From positions 1 through 38,814 of the forward strand of contig CAYRXA010000020.1 of assembly GCA_964428155.1 (NCBI GenBank): a stretch of 38,814 bases of DNA, read 5' to 3'. The translations under genes were made by a program, and so were the position numbers. The stretch is from an uncultured Candidatus Saccharibacteria bacterium. GTDB taxonomy: Bacteria > Patescibacteriota > Minisyncoccia > UBA6257. Each line of letters begins with the position of its first letter. The first letter of the stretch is position 1. The notes under the pieces were generated by a model that searched no databases, was not told the DNA's origin, and was given only the letters and a program-made list of their open reading frames with translations. Of the stretch, positions 28,027-37,267 are shown one piece after another.

Positions 28027-28449
28027 ATGAAAACAAAATTAGAAATTTATGCAGATGGAGGAGCTAGGAATAACCCAGGACCAGCAGGAATTGGAGTTGT
28101 TGTTGGCAATAAAGAATATGCAGAATATATAGGTGAGGCTACTAATAATGTTGCTGAATATAAAGCAATTATTTTTGCTCTTAAAAAAGCAAGGCATCTT
28201 TTAGGAAAGTCAAAATTAAAAAATACTGAAATTGTTGTTAATTCAGACTCTGAATTAGTTGTTAATCAGTTAAATGGAAAATTTAAGATTTTGGAAAAAG
28301 AATTACAACCTCTTTTTTTAGAGATTTGGAATTTAAAATTTGATTTTCCGTATTTAAAATTTAATCATATACCAAGAGAAAAAAATACAAAGGCAGATTA
28401 TTTAGTTAATCAAGCTATTGATAAGCAGCAAAATACATTGAATTTATAA
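28027..28449 (+). CDS. rnhA: Ribonuclease HI family protein
   Basis: DGGARNNPG, TNNVAEY, SDSELV, HIPREKNTKAD (DEDD catalytic residues). Confidence 0.9.
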   Translation: MKTKLEIYADGGARNNPGPAGIGVVVGNKEYAEYIGEATNNVAEYKAIIFALKKARHLLGKSKLKNTEIVVNSDSELVVNQLNGKFKILEKELQPLFLEIWNLKFDFPYLKFNHIPREKNTKADYLVNQAIDKQQNTLNL

Positions 28450-28479
28450 AAAACCATCCCCTTTAGGGGGATGATTTTT
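28449..28479. terminator. Bidirectional terminator between convergent rnhA and rnpB
   Basis: A-run, CATCCCC-TTTA-GGGGGATG, T-run. Confidence 0.7.
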
Positions 28480-28486
28480 ATGTAGT

Positions 28487-28876
28487 AATTGAACCTATAA
28501 GCCGAATTCTGTATCCTTTTCATTAGATGAAAAGAACGGCAGTCATTTATCTAGCTTTGGCATTACTGCCAAAGTCAAGCGGTTACTCCAAATACTCAAA
28601 TTATTGAGTATTTGGCACGAACCTTGCACCCAGCAAGGATTTAGCCGTTTCACTCCTAAAATTACTTTTAGGACTCATCCTTTCTAAGAAAGGATGTCTT
28701 AACCTTTTCAGGTTTTGACGTCTCTGTTCGCACCTCTATCTTCTCTATTGTTAGAGAAGACGACAGCTGTTAGCTGCTACCTTTTATCAATTAAGCCAGG
28801 AGGCTAAATTGATGGAGTTCGGACTTTCCTCTAAATATTCAAATAATTGAATATTTAGCAACTGCCCAGTCCAATT
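28487..28876 (-). ncRNA. rnpB: RNase P RNA
   Basis: Minus strand has GAGGAAAGTCCG, AGTGAAACGG, CTAGATAAATG and ACAGAATTCGGCTTAT; P1 formed by AATTGGAC / GTTCAATT. Confidence 0.95.
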
Positions 28877-28882
28877 GATATT

Positions 28883-28911
28883 ATTATAACCCTTTTTTTT
28901 GATTAATTCAA
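28883..28911 (-). promoter_or_regulatory. rnpB promoter
   Basis: TTGAAT, 17 nt, TATAAT on the minus strand, ending just upstream of the P1 5' end. Confidence 0.65.
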
Positions 28912-30671
28912 GGATTTGTAGTAAAATAAAAAACATGACAAAGGGGATGAATAAGAAATTTTTACTATCGATTATTTTTTTAGGAACATTAGTTTTATTA
29001 TTAGTAGGTTTATTTTTTTTTATAACTTCTAGAACACTTAAATTACAAAAAGCGAATGAACAAATTATTAATTTAATAAGAGAAGATAATTTTCAAGAAG
29101 CTGCTATCTTGATTGATGAGATAAAATCAACAGAAAAAGATAAAGATTTTTTTAAAAAGTTTTCTTTTTTTCCGTTAATCAAAAAAGAAATTGAGTTAAG
29201 CCAGCGTCTATCATCTGTTAAAAAAAAATTAGAAGAAATTAATAATGGAACTTTTCTTTTAGCAATGATTCAGCAACAAGAAAATCCATTATTTATTTTA
29301 AATAATTTTAAAGATGATTTAAATTATCTTGAAAAATATAATCTTGATTGGGTAGAAACAAAAAAATATCAATTAGAAAATTGGCTTTCTTTTTTAGGTC
29401 AAGAGAAAGAAACAAATTATCTAGTTTTATTTCAAAATCCTGATATTCCAAGACCTAGCGGAGGATTTATAGGTGCTTATGCTATTTTGTCATTTAATCA
29501 AGGAAAGATTAGTTTTTCAGGAAATAATATTTTTACTTTAGAAGAAGTTTTTTTAAAAAAGATTATTCCTCCAATTCAATTTCAAGATGTTAGTGATCGA
29601 TGGTTTTTCCGTGATCTTAATTGGTTTTTTGATTTTCCACTTACTGGTCAAAAAATTTTTTCTTTCTATGAGCAAACAGGAAAAAAGCCTGATTTAGATG
29701 GGGTTATTCTTGTTAATCCTAGTGTTATCGAACTTATACTTGAAACAATAGGTTTAATAGAGATAAATGATTATGATTTAGCTATTAATGAGACTAATTT
29801 TCTATCTTTTTATAAAAAACAAATTCAAGAAGCAGCAAAGCCAGCTCCTTTGCGTGAAGAAAAAGAGCTTTTATCATTATTTTTTGAAGAATTCCAAAGA
29901 AAATTAAAGAAATCTTCAGTTGATAAATTAGCTTTAATACCCCAAATTTTAAAAGAGAAATTTGAAGAAAAAGAAGCTCAAATTTACATAATTGATGATA
30001 ATTTAGAGTATTTTTTTAATTCTTTTGATTGGACAGGAAAAATTAAAGAAAGTAGAAATGATTATTTAAGTGTTAATTTTAGTTTTATTAATGAAGGATT
30101 TGTAGAAGATTTGCGAGAGAAAGAAGTTAAATTAAAAACAGAGTTTACTTCTAATGGCGAGGTAATAAATTATTTAACTATTAATGCTCCAAATTTTTCT
30201 TCAAACCAAAGATTAATAGAAAATTATATAAAAATTTATCTTCCCAAAGGAACAATTATTAAAGAAGCATTAGGGAGTTATCTTAAAAGAAGTTATAATG
30301 TTGATCAACTTGAAGATATTTATAATAAATTAGATTATCATAAAGATGAAGATTTGCTTTTAATAGAAAGAAGCACAATTAAGGATGAAAAAAATGGAAT
30401 AGAAATTTATGAAGAAGGAGGCAAAACTGTTGTTGGCTTTTGGTCTCAGCTATCAATAAGGCCGTTTAATTTGATTTATAAATTACCTGACAATTGGAAG
30501 GAATTTTCTAGCTGGGAAACAGTAGTTCAAAAACAAAGTGGTCAGGAAATTAAATTCTCTTTTGAATTAATAGTTCCTGAAGAAGTTTCTATGGTTCCTT
30601 CTCTTTTTCCTTTTGATCAATTTATTCCTTTAGACAAGGATTTAATTCTTGATTTTAAAAGAGAAGATTAA
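28899..30671 (+). CDS. DUF4012-like membrane-anchored protein (true start probably 28935 or 28947)
   Basis: N-terminal TM; YLVLFQNPDIPRPSGGFIG, RD.NWFFDFP, DGVI, QKQSG motifs. Confidence 0.75.
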   Translation: MINSRICSKIKNMTKGMNKKFLLSIIFLGTLVLLLVGLFFFITSRTLKLQKANEQIINLIREDNFQEAAILIDEIKSTEKDKDFFKKFSFFPLIKKEIELSQRLSSVKKKLEEINNGTFLLAMIQQQENPLFILNNFKDDLNYLEKYNLDWVETKKYQLENWLSFLGQEKETNYLVLFQNPDIPRPSGGFIGAYAILSFNQGKISFSGNNIFTLEEVFLKKIIPPIQFQDVSDRWFFRDLNWFFDFPLTGQKIFSFYEQTGKKPDLDGVILVNPSVIELILETIGLIEINDYDLAINETNFLSFYKKQIQEAAKPAPLREEKELLSLFFEEFQRKLKKSSVDKLALIPQILKEKFEEKEAQIYIIDDNLEYFFNSFDWTGKIKESRNDYLSVNFSFINEGFVEDLREKEVKLKTEFTSNGEVINYLTINAPNFSSNQRLIENYIKIYLPKGTIIKEALGSYLKRSYNVDQLEDIYNKLDYHKDEDLLLIERSTIKDEKNGIEIYEEGGKTVVGFWSQLSIRPFNLIYKLPDNWKEFSSWETVVQKQSGQEIKFSFELIVPEEVSMVPSLFPFDQFIPLDKDLILDFKRED

Positions 30672-30688
30672 GATTATAAATATAAAAG

Positions 30689-32287
30689 ATGATTGTTCGT
30701 TTTCAAAAAATATTAAATCATAAATCAGAAACGATTTTTGGAGCTGCAATGCTAACAAGTGGTTTAACTTTACTTGGTAGCTTTTTAGGTCTTTTAAGAA
30801 ATGCTTTTTTAGCTAGTCGTTTTGGAGCCTCGAGTTATTTAGATGTTTATTATGCTTCTTTTAGACTGCCAGATTTAATTTATAATATTTTTATTATGGG
30901 AGCTATTTCTGCTGCTTTTATTCCTATTTTTAGTGAGTATTGGGCAAAGGACAAAGAAGAGGCTTGGCAATTTTCTAATGCAATTATTTTAGTAATAGGA
31001 GGTTTTATTGGGATTTTAGCTTTGATTATGGCTATATTTGCTAGACCTTTTTTGTCTCGTCTTCTAGTTGGTTTTAGTGCTGAACAATTAGAGCTAGCTA
31101 TTCTTTTAACAAGGATTATGATGATTCAGCCTATTTTAATGGGAGTTTCTTCTGTTGTTGGTAGCATTTTAAAAGTTTTCAAATTATTTTTATCTTGTGC
31201 TTTAGCTCCTTTGCTTTATAATATTGGGATTATTATTGGAATTATTTTTTTTGTTCCTGTGATGGGACTAAAGGGATTAGCTTGGGGAGTGGTGTTAGGG
31301 GCTAGTCTTCATTTAGCTATTCAGCTGCCAGCTCTTATTGCTACTGGTTATAAGTTTAGAGTTGCATTTTCTGTTTTAAAGAAAAGAATAGAAGGTCTTA
31401 AAAATGTAGTTTTAATTATGATTCCCCGTTCTTTAGGTATTATTGCTAATCAAGTTTTCCTTTTAGGAATAACTGTTATTGCAACGATGTTAAAAGAGGG
31501 AAGCTTGGCAGTGTTTAATTTTGCCAATGATATTCAGAATTTACCCCAAACAGTTTTCGCTTTATCTTTTGCTGTTGCTGCTTTTCCAACATTATCAAGA
31601 TTTAGTGCAGAAAAGAAGAAGAATGATTTTACAAAAACTTCATTAGATACTCTTTCACAAATATTTTTCTTTTTAATTCCAATTGCGATTTGGTTTGTTA
31701 TTTTTAGTGAGCCAATCGTGAGGCTTTTATTAGGTTATGGAAAGTTTGATTGGTCATCTACAGTAAAAACAATTCAAGTTTTTTCTATTTTATCTTTTGG
31801 AATGATTTTCCAAGGAGCAAATGCTTTTTTATTAAGAATTTTCTTTGCGAAGAAAGATGCTCTTAAGCCTTTTGTTGCTAGTGTTATTGCTTATTCTTTG
31901 GGTTTTGTTTTTTGTTATAAATTAGGGTTAGCTATTGGTGTTCAAGGATTAGCTTTAGCAGTAATGTTGACTTATTTGTTTTATTTTTTTATTTTAATCT
32001 TTTTATTAAAATCAGAATTTTCTCCTTTTCTTTTAAGACAATTTCATGTTTCTTTGATAAAAATTATTAGCGTTTCTTTAGTTAGCGGTTTAATTGCTTA
32101 TTTATCTTTTAATTTTTTTCAAGGATATTTTCCTACCGAGAAAGTTTTAAATCTATTTTTAAGTGCTGCTATTTCTTTTATTATTTCTTTAGCTTCTTTT
32201 GTAGCTATGTGCTTAAGGCTTAGAATAAAAGAAATTTATGATTTAAAAAGTATTTTTCTTCATAAAATATATAAAGTTCATGAATAA
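30689..32287 (+). CDS. murJ: Lipid II flippase MurJ (MviN)
   Basis: LGLLR, ASFRLPD, GAISAAFIPIF, multiple TM helices. Confidence 0.93.
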   Translation: MIVRFQKILNHKSETIFGAAMLTSGLTLLGSFLGLLRNAFLASRFGASSYLDVYYASFRLPDLIYNIFIMGAISAAFIPIFSEYWAKDKEEAWQFSNAIILVIGGFIGILALIMAIFARPFLSRLLVGFSAEQLELAILLTRIMMIQPILMGVSSVVGSILKVFKLFLSCALAPLLYNIGIIIGIIFFVPVMGLKGLAWGVVLGASLHLAIQLPALIATGYKFRVAFSVLKKRIEGLKNVVLIMIPRSLGIIANQVFLLGITVIATMLKEGSLAVFNFANDIQNLPQTVFALSFAVAAFPTLSRFSAEKKKNDFTKTSLDTLSQIFFFLIPIAIWFVIFSEPIVRLLLGYGKFDWSSTVKTIQVFSILSFGMIFQGANAFLLRIFFAKKDALKPFVASVIAYSLGFVFCYKLGLAIGVQGLALAVMLTYLFYFFILIFLLKSEFSPFLLRQFHVSLIKIISVSLVSGLIAYLSFNFFQGYFPTEKVLNLFLSAAISFIISLASFVAMCLRLRIKEIYDLKSIFLHKIYKVHE

Positions 32288-34094
32288 GAATATTCGTAAT
32301 TTTGTTATTATTGCCCACATTGATCATGGTAAATCTACTTTAGCAGATAGATTTTTAGAATTGACAAAAACTGTGTCAGAGAATAAATTAGTTCCTCAAT
32401 ATTTAGATGGGATGAATCTAGAAAAAGAACATGGAATCACTATTAAGATGCATCCTGTTCAAATGCATTATGATGAATGTGTGTTGAATTTAATTGATAC
32501 CCCAGGTCACGTTGATTTTACTTATGAAGTTTCTCGGGCTTTAGCAGCAGTAGAGGGAGCTGTTCTTTTAGTAGACGGGACTCAGGGTATTCAAGCGCAG
32601 ACTCTTTCAAATCTTGTTTTAGCTCAAAAACAAGGATTGAAAATTATTGGCGCTATTAATAAAATAGATGTGGAAATTCATGATTTAGATAAAAAAAGAA
32701 AAGAGTTAGCTGATTTATTAAAAACAAATGAGGAAGAAATTGTTCTTTTGTCAGCTAAAACAGGAAAGAATGTAGAGGTTTTACTCAAAAAAATTATTAA
32801 AGAAATTCCTGGTCCTGAAATTAAACAAGAAGATCCTTTTCGAGCTTTAGTTTTTGATTCTCATTATGATGATTACAAAGGAATAATTGCTTATGTAAGA
32901 GTTGTTGAAGGAGAGATTAAAAAAGGAGAAAAAATTCGTTTTGTTGTTAGTCAAGCAAAAGGAGATGTTTTGGATTTAGGATATTTTGCTCCTCAACTAC
33001 AATCAAAAGAAAGTCTAAAATCAGGAGAAATCGGGTGGATAGCGACAGGGTTAAAAGATTTAAATTTAGTAAGAGTTGGAGATACAGTAGCTAGCCATGA
33101 TGTTAATCAGAAAAAAATTGAATCTTTGCCTGGGTATGAAGAGCCTAAGCCAATGGTGTTCGCAGGTTTTTATCTAGCAAAAGGGAGAACAGGATTAACT
33201 TCAGGAAAAGGAGGACAGGATTTTGAGAATTTTCGTCATTCTTTATCCCAATTGAAATTAAATGATTCTGCGTTATATTTTACACCAGAGAGTTCTGAGG
33301 CCTTAGGTCGAGGATATCGTTTAGGTTTTTTGGGAATGCTCCATTTACAAATTACTCAAGAAAGGTTAAGAGAAGAATATGGGCTTGATTTGATTATTAC
33401 TCATCCAACTGTTCCATATAAAGTTTTATTAAAGAATAATAAGATCAAAATTGTTACTAATCCCAGTGATTGGCCTAATTTAGATGAAATTATTGGCTAT
33501 GAAGAGCCTTGGGTAAAAATGGAGATTATTACCATACCTCAGTATTTATCTGCTATAATGAAACTGATAAATGATTCTCGAGGAACAGGTATTAATACGC
33601 TTACTTTTGCAGAAAGATTAATTATTGAATGTGAAATTCCTTTAGAAGAAACAGTAAAAGATTTTTACGATAATTTAAAATCAATTTCTTCAGGTTATGC
33701 TTCTTTAAGTTATGAAATATTAGGATACAAAAAAACAGAATTGGAAAAATTAGAAGTAATTTTGGCAGGGAAAAAATTTGAAAGTCTTTCACGGATAATT
33801 TTTAGAGACAAGACAGAAAAAGAAGCTAGGAGTTTAGCTTTAAAATTAAAAAAAATTCTTCCTCGTCAGAATTATTCAGTGCCAATTCAAGTTCAAGCAA
33901 TGGGAAGAATTATTGCCCGAGAGACTTTGCCAGCTTTAAAAAAAGATGTTACTGGTAGTCTTTATGGTGGAGATAGAACAAGAAAAATGAAGCTTTGGAA
34001 AAAACAAGCAAAAGGAAAGAAAAAACTGTTAGCCCAATCTGATTTACAAATTCCAGCAGAAGTTTTCTTTAAAATATTCCCTTCTTCACATTAA
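32280..34094 (+). CDS. lepA: Translation factor EF4/LepA
   Basis: IAHIDHGKSTLADR, GFLGMLH, YGGDRTRKMKL. Confidence 0.97.
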   Translation: MNKNIRNFVIIAHIDHGKSTLADRFLELTKTVSENKLVPQYLDGMNLEKEHGITIKMHPVQMHYDECVLNLIDTPGHVDFTYEVSRALAAVEGAVLLVDGTQGIQAQTLSNLVLAQKQGLKIIGAINKIDVEIHDLDKKRKELADLLKTNEEEIVLLSAKTGKNVEVLLKKIIKEIPGPEIKQEDPFRALVFDSHYDDYKGIIAYVRVVEGEIKKGEKIRFVVSQAKGDVLDLGYFAPQLQSKESLKSGEIGWIATGLKDLNLVRVGDTVASHDVNQKKIESLPGYEEPKPMVFAGFYLAKGRTGLTSGKGGQDFENFRHSLSQLKLNDSALYFTPESSEALGRGYRLGFLGMLHLQITQERLREEYGLDLIITHPTVPYKVLLKNNKIKIVTNPSDWPNLDEIIGYEEPWVKMEIITIPQYLSAIMKLINDSRGTGINTLTFAERLIIECEIPLEETVKDFYDNLKSISSGYASLSYEILGYKKTELEKLEVILAGKKFESLSRIIFRDKTEKEARSLALKLKKILPRQNYSVPIQVQAMGRIIARETLPALKKDVTGSLYGGDRTRKMKLWKKQAKGKKKLLAQSDLQIPAEVFFKIFPSSH

Positions 34095-34100
34095 ACTATT

Positions 34101-34502
34101 ATGAAAAAGTTTTTATTAATTTCAATAAGTATTATTCTGGTCTTTTTTCTTTCTCAAAGAATTAAAGAAGATTGGCAACGGTATCAATTACTAACAGAAG
34201 AAGTTAGTGGTTTAGAATTAAGAAAAGAGAATTTAGAAAGAGAACAAGAAAGATTAGAGCAATTATTAGAGCAAGGTGATCAAGAAGAGCTTTTGGAAAA
34301 AGAAGTGCGATCAATGATGGGCTTTAAAAAAGAAGGAGAAGAAGTTGTTCTAATTGTTCCCTCAGGCATTAAGAATGGATTGTTGGTTAATGAAAATACA
34401 GAATTATCAGCAACATTGGTTTCGCAAGATAATTTTCTTTCTGCTTTTTCTCAGTTTTGGTATAATTTATTGGAAAAATTGAAATTAAGTATTGAAAAAT
34501 AA
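34101..34502 (+). CDS. Septum formation initiator (FtsB/DivIC) family protein
   Basis: N-terminal TM, coiled coil, EKEVRSMMGFKKEGE motif. Confidence 0.75.
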   Translation: MKKFLLISISIILVFFLSQRIKEDWQRYQLLTEEVSGLELRKENLEREQERLEQLLEQGDQEELLEKEVRSMMGFKKEGEEVVLIVPSGIKNGLLVNENTELSATLVSQDNFLSAFSQFWYNLLEKLKLSIEK

Positions 34503-34508
34503 TGCTTT

Positions 34509-34579
34509 GCGGGATTCGTATAATGGTAGTATGTAACCTTCCCAAGGTTGAGGCGCGAGTTCGATTCTCGTATCCCGCT
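34509..34579 (+). tRNA. tRNA-Gly (CCC), CCA not encoded
   Basis: GCGGGAT/ATCCCGC acceptor stem, TAACC-TTCCCAA-GGTTG anticodon arm, GTTCGATT T-loop. Confidence 0.95.
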
Positions 34580-35679
34580 CAAATAATCTTTCCACCACCT
34601 AAGCATTTATTCTTTTGATAAAAAACAGCGAACTGCCCAGAGCAAGGAGCAAGTACAGGTTTTGAAAAGATTAATTTTAATTTTCTTTTTTCAGGAATTA
34701 GTTTGGCCAAGACAGGTTTTTGTCGATAGCGAATCTGGGCATTAACTTTTGTAGACTTTTTTATTTTTTGTTCAGAGATAAAATGATAAGGATAAATTAA
34801 GATTTCTTTTTTAAAGAGATCTTTTTTATTTTTACTTACTAATAAAACATTGTTTTTTTTATCAAAACCAGTAACAAAATAAGGCCCACCAGAAAGTTTA
34901 ATTCCTTTTCGTTGGCCAATAGTGAAGAAATGTAATCCTTGATGTTTAGATAAAATATTGCCTTGGATATCTTTTATTAGACCTTGTTTTTTTCCAATTT
35001 TTTCTTCAAGAAAAGGACAAAGAGATTGTCCAGCAATAAAACAGAAATCTCTGCTTTCTTTTTGTTGGGCAAAAAATTTTAGATTTTCTTTTTTTGCTAT
35101 TTTATATATTTGTTGTTTTGTATATTTTCCAAGAGGGAAAATAATATGTTTAAGCCATTTTTGAGGTAAAAAACATAAATTATATGTTTGATCTTTGTTT
35201 TTATCTTTGGCTTTTAATAATTCGTATTGTTTTGTTTTTGAATTAAATTTTATTTGTGCATAATGGCCAGTGGCAATATGTTCAATTTTATGTTTTTTTG
35301 CCCAATTAATTAATTGTTTAAATTTAAAATTAGGATTACAGATAACACAAGGATTAGGGGTTCTTGAGTTTTTCCATTCATTAATAGAATATTTAATAAC
35401 TTGTTTTTCAAAATCTTTTTCAGCATCTATAATATGATGAGGAACATTTATTTTTTTACAAATATTAGCAGCTATTTTTAAAGATTGTTCAGAGCTATGA
35501 ATGTTTTCTTTTAAAGGATTTGCTTTATTTTGCCAGACAGGTAATTTTAAAGAAACACCAATAGGTTGCCAGCCTTGTTGTTTAAGCAATATTAAAGCAA
35601 TAGAGGAATCAATTCCTCCAGACATCCCAACAACAATTTTTTTCTTTTTATTCAATCCAATCAGCATATTTCTTTTCAA
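34579..35679 (-). CDS. mnmA: tRNA 2-thiouridine(34) synthase, CxxC type
   Basis: MSGGIDS, TPNPCVICN, ATGHY, KDQTY, ESRDFCF, FTIGQRKG, GQFAVFY. Confidence 0.96.
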   Translation of the reverse strand: MKRNMLIGLNKKKKIVVGMSGGIDSSIALILLKQQGWQPIGVSLKLPVWQNKANPLKENIHSSEQSLKIAANICKKINVPHHIIDAEKDFEKQVIKYSINEWKNSRTPNPCVICNPNFKFKQLINWAKKHKIEHIATGHYAQIKFNSKTKQYELLKAKDKNKDQTYNLCFLPQKWLKHIIFPLGKYTKQQIYKIAKKENLKFFAQQKESRDFCFIAGQSLCPFLEEKIGKKQGLIKDIQGNILSKHQGLHFFTIGQRKGIKLSGGPYFVTGFDKKNNVLLVSKNKKDLFKKEILIYPYHFISEQKIKKSTKVNAQIRYRQKPVLAKLIPEKRKLKLIFSKPVLAPCSGQFAVFYQKNKCLGGGKII

Positions 35680-37261
35680 TCATTTTTTTCTCATTTTCAA
35701 TCCTTTGATGTCTTTTTTGAAGTTCTTTAGGAATGGGTTTTTTATTCTTTGAAAGATAATCATAGATAGCTTCTTGAAGAGCATCAATTGCTAAAACAGA
35801 ACAGTGGATTTTAACTGGTGGTAGTTCTTCGAGTGTGTCTACAATATTGTCTTTATTTAATTTTATTGCTTCAGTGACAGTTTTCCCTTTAGCAATATCA
35901 GTAATAATACTACTGGTAGCAATAGCTGCGACACAGCCAAATGTTTCAAATTTAATATCTTTGATTATTTCCTCTCCTTTTTTATTTTTATTAATTTTTA
36001 TATATAATTGCATTACATCTCCGCAATTATGGAGGCAAAACGCATCTGACGTAAAAGAATGTGAATTTTTAACTTCAAGATTATAAACTTTTTCAGCGTG
36101 ATTTTTCGTCCAAATTTTTTTTATAGGTATATGAAAATAATCGTTATTAAACCATGCGCTTTCTGAGGGATAAGATTGTGGCCGGTATTTTATATTAAGA
36201 ATTGCACATAATTTAATTAAGGAGTCTCTTTGTCCAACATGTATTCTATAAGTTTTTTTATGCTTAATGCCCTTAATTTCTTTTGCTTTTTCTGTGTAAA
36301 TAGATGGAGCAATCTTTTGTCGTAAAAGCAATGTTTTTATTTGCTGAGCTAGATTAAATGAAATTGTGCTATACCCTGATCTAGGGCCTTCTCTATTAAG
36401 ATTAATATAGCCATCTCCTTTCCATAGTGCGGATATTAAAGGCTTTTGTTTTAAAGGAGGAAGATCCATTATGGAGCTTGGAATAGTTTTATTTTTTGCT
36501 CCATTGTCAAATAGTCTTTTAAAACATCTTGCTAATCTTGCGCTATATAGACTCACAACAACCGTATTTCTTTTTGGTATTTTTCTTATTATTACATCTA
36601 AATTAAATAATTCTTTGCATATTTTTTTAATATCTTCAACAATTTCGTTTTCTTTTATATTTAATGTAAAAGTGATAAAAGTACTACATGGTTTATCTTG
36701 GATATTTCCTTCGGATAAAAAGTAGCCAAATAGTCTTAACGATTTAGAATTAATTGGAATTTTGCTTGGGATTTTTTTGCTTTTAAAATCCCATTTAGAT
36801 TTAGGCTCTTGGATTCTTATATATTTTAAATTCTTTTTTGTTTTTAATACTGGATAAAGGATTAAATCTCCTTTTTTTAATTGTTCTGCATGATACCAAG
36901 CGCGGGTTAATTCTTTTCTATTCTTTGTCCTTAAAAATTTATTATCTTTTGGAATTTTGATTGCTAAAATAAGATGATCTGGTGTCAAACTAATTGATCC
37001 TAATTGGTTTTTGATAGTCAATATTTTCCCAGTATAGTTTCTTTTTACGGTTCTAGTGGGGACATAATATTGTCCATTATGAGACAATACAGCATCTTTT
37101 TTAGAGATATTTTTTATTTTTTTAAGACCATTAATTGTATGAACGTTTTGAGTCCCTAATAAACAAATAATATTACCGACTTTTCCTTCTCCATCGGCAT
37201 TAGGTATTTTTCCAAAATTATGAGGATTTTTAAAATGTTTAAGAACTTTTTTATTATACAT
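35648..37261 (-). CDS. iscU: Fe-S scaffold IscU/NifU precursor containing an intein (157 aa after splicing)
   Basis: HFKNPHNFG..GNII|CGD, FETFGCVAAIATSS, LPPVKIHCS; all three ligand Cys present after splicing. Confidence 0.93.
   Translation of the reverse strand: MYNKKVLKHFKNPHNFGKIPNADGEGKVGNIICLLGTQNVHTINGLKKIKNISKKDAVLSHNGQYYVPTRTVKRNYTGKILTIKNQLGSISLTPDHLILAIKIPKDNKFLRTKNRKELTRAWYHAEQLKKGDLILYPVLKTKKNLKYIRIQEPKSKWDFKSKKIPSKIPINSKSLRLFGYFLSEGNIQDKPCSTFITFTLNIKENEIVEDIKKICKELFNLDVIIRKIPKRNTVVVSLYSARLARCFKRLFDNGAKNKTIPSSIMDLPPLKQKPLISALWKGDGYINLNREGPRSGYSTISFNLAQQIKTLLLRQKIAPSIYTEKAKEIKGIKHKKTYRIHVGQRDSLIKLCAILNIKYRPQSYPSESAWFNNDYFHIPIKKIWTKNHAEKVYNLEVKNSHSFTSDAFCLHNCGDVMQLYIKINKNKKGEEIIKDIKFETFGCVAAIATSSIITDIAKGKTVTEAIKLNKDNIVDTLEELPPVKIHCSVLAIDALQEAIYDYLSKNKKPIPKELQKRHQRIENEKKMIEKKYADWIE
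36026..37165 (-). mobile_element. 380-aa intein with LAGLIDADG homing endonuclease
   Basis: Cys1 (CLLGTQ), block B TPDH, endonuclease motifs LFGYFLSEG and ISALWKGDG, block F VYNLEV, terminal HN followed by extein Cys. Confidence 0.95.
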
Positions 37262-37267
37262 AAAAAA

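Noticed and set aside
34958-36725. Plus-strand ORFs at 34958, 35501, 35835 and 36471
   Set aside because: Antisense to mnmA, iscU and the intein; no independent support
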